The notes under the pieces: model-generated
The model's input: the letters and a program-made list of their open reading frames with translations, nothing else
Told to the model about the DNA's origin: nothing
The model's database searches: none
Part shown: positions 61,756-64,000 of the stretch, in pieces
How the letters are laid out: the number at the start of each line of letters is the position of its first letter
Numbering within the stretch: the stretch's first letter is position 1
Origin: Leucoraja erinacea
Lineage: Eukaryota
Direction: 5' to 3'
NCBI RefSeq assembly: GCF_028641065.1
Contig: NC_073382.1
Span: 58,342,001-58,406,000 of the forward strand
DNA length: 64,000 bases
Position numbers and translations under genes: made by a program

Positions 61756-63798
61756 AGTCTATTCCTCAAAGCCCAGTTTAGACAGAGCTTTAAAATATAT
61801 TCGACAGAAGTGGATATATTCTTGATGTGCAAGGTAAAATATTTCCATGGGTAAACAGGAATACAAAGTTTACATGCAGAACAGCCATTAGCTTGCTAAA
61901 TTGCCTATTGTGTTCCAAATGCTCCACTTGATCTCCACACGATCTTCTTGTTCTATCCAGAAGGGGGAAGGAGGTGAATAGAACAAATGGAATGACGGTA
62001 ATAGAGTGAAGGCCAGGTGAGACTAAATGACACAGACAGTGTTTTGCCAACTGAGTGAGGATAGTTAATCATGATGAATTTATCTTGGGAATTGTAGTCA
62101 AAGATGAAGAACAAGGGAGAGGGGGGAAATAATGAGGGAGCTGAGATTTAAAACATCAAAATTGCTGAAAATCCCTAATAATACTGGAAGTACTCAATAG
62201 CATCATCTGTGTACAGAGGAAAATTGAAACAACATCATAAGTTGACCACGTTACATTGGAACCAGCCATCTGTGACACAAACTGGGAAAGCATGTTATCT
62301 GAAGTTGCTGAACGTAACATAGCCTCTTTAATACTGAATTGGCTAGTTCTGATCAGACAAATTGCAGCATTAACTCAATACTTTCTTCTCCGTGGATGCT
62401 GTCTGCATCTCTGGGAATTTCCAGCATTCTCTTTTATTTCACATCTCCAGTGACTGCTGTGTATAGCATTTCAGTTCCAAGCCCTTGACACGTAATTGTA
62501 AAAAGGTACTTTGCAATAAGCTTAATGCCATTATGAATCTTGGGGTTTAAATTATTAATTAGATGCCCTAGAAAGAACAATGGTTACTTTTCTGTTTGGA
62601 AATTATAACTAATGCTTGAAAGGAACACTTGCATTGGACTGCTCATACCTGAATGAAGAGTCTGCACTTTGTCAAAGTAGTGGGAGTATGTAGAAAGCAA
62701 ACAACTGTATACAGATTTTCCATATTCTGTTGTGCTGCTGCAAGTAAGAATTGCATTGTTCGCTCGGGGACATATGACAATAAAACACTCTCACTTCACT
62801 CTTAAGATTTAGATGGAGGCAATTGGGCATTTGCCAACAATATACTTTATAGAAATGTATAGTTTTCTTGTCTCCATCAATATTGCTAAACTTATACAGA
62901 AAAAGCTGATGCCTCAGTGAAAGAACAAGAAACTCTTGATTGTGGTTCTCTTGATGGCAAATCCCACAACGCTACAGAAAAACTAAAGGTAGCACAGGGC
63001 TGCATTCAGGGTGATCAATTGTGAAACATCTCATCTTTGCTCAAGACATTGGCTCAGCCACATATATATCATTATGTCCCACTTTGGTTGACAAGTAGAA
63101 CAACTGGTTAACTGTAGTCGCATTGGTGTTAGTTTATTATTGTCACATGTACCAAGATACAGTGCAAAACTTTGTTTTGCGTGCTATACAGGCAAATCAC
63201 ATTATACACAAGTACAATCAAGCCATACAGAAGTATAACACAAAGTGCAAAGCGAAAAGTAAAAATTGCAGAATAGTGAAAAATCCTGCCAGACATAGTT
63301 TTTAAATAGTGGGATCGATTGTAGTAGTTGATAGAAGATCCTCTTTGGGATCATCACGCAGAGTATTGCCACGCACTGGCACCATCCCTGTGAAGGGGTT
63401 GGATTGTGTGCATGCTGGCAAAGAATTTGCAATTAAAATTGGGAGCACCAGGAGACAAGGGAAGACGGAGATAAAATGCTTTTCTTCCCCTAGTGAATAG
63501 CAAACCTATGCAGCAAAATATCAGCTGACATCATAACACAGTAGATTCACTGTACATATTGAAAAGGTGCAGGGATAATTAATAATTAACAATAAGTAAT
63601 CACAGAGGCATCCCACAAGTTATATATTTTGCTGCCAATGGGCTAATTTTAACAGATGTCATGAGAATGCACCTGATCTTTCATTCCAAATTGCCCATGG
63701 GTTTCTCCGTTTGACCAATTTTACTTAAATTGCACATAAAAGGGATGCATAATACAACAATATTGAGCAAGATCTTTTACCCATCCGATGTTTTCAAA

Positions 63799-63994
63799 TT
63801 TGCTTAGTTTGCCTTAGGTTGTAAAGGTATCAGGTGAATTTGCTTAACTCCTTGCATTCTTAAGCTGTCAAATGTTGCAGAAAACTTCATTTTAAACTGA
63901 AAATTACGTTTTCTGCAACATTTGACAGCTTAAGAATGCAAGGAGTTAAGCAAATTCACCTGATACCTTAACAACCCAAGGCAAACTAAGCAAA
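63799..63994. repeat. Near-perfect inverted repeat, 87-bp arms, 22-nt spacer
   Basis: 63799-63885 matches the reverse complement of 63908-63994 with 2 mismatches. Confidence 0.95.
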
Positions 63995-64000
63995 ACCCAG

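Noticed and set aside
1-64000. CRISPR arrays, rRNA or prokaryotic operons
   Set aside because: No regularly spaced repeat-spacer array or rRNA-like sequence. The window is eukaryotic intron DNA.

Overview
This is vertebrate DNA, most likely from a cartilaginous fish such as a skate or ray. That assignment is inferred from the repeat content: HE1-like V-SINEs, abundant CR1, Rex1/Babar, L2 and Penelope elements. The window appears to be almost all intron of a minus-strand MAP4K4/MINK1/TNIK-family (GCK-IV STE20) kinase gene. The only host coding sequence I can support is one 57-nt exon (GRHVKTGQLAAIKVMDVTE, 37618-37674). It lies in a ~1.7-kb tandem duplication whose other copy (35903-35959) has lost its AG acceptor. 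The rest is a dense mosaic of transposon relics, and nearly all long ORFs in the track are pieces of them. The most notable signals are: (1) a recurrent minimal hammerhead-ribozyme core downstream of Penelope GIY-YIG ORFs, with short fold-back elements whose inversion points lie at that core; (2) a Harbinger-like TIR element carrying a ~700-bp Penelope-derived palindrome; (3) the duplicated kinase exon; (4) a head-to-head Rex1/L2 chimera; (5) a frameshifted hAT transposase fossil; (6) an 87-bp near-perfect hairpin at the window end. Repeat boundaries were read by eye and are approximate unless a TSD or TIR is given. Family names come from motif recognition, not from database searches.
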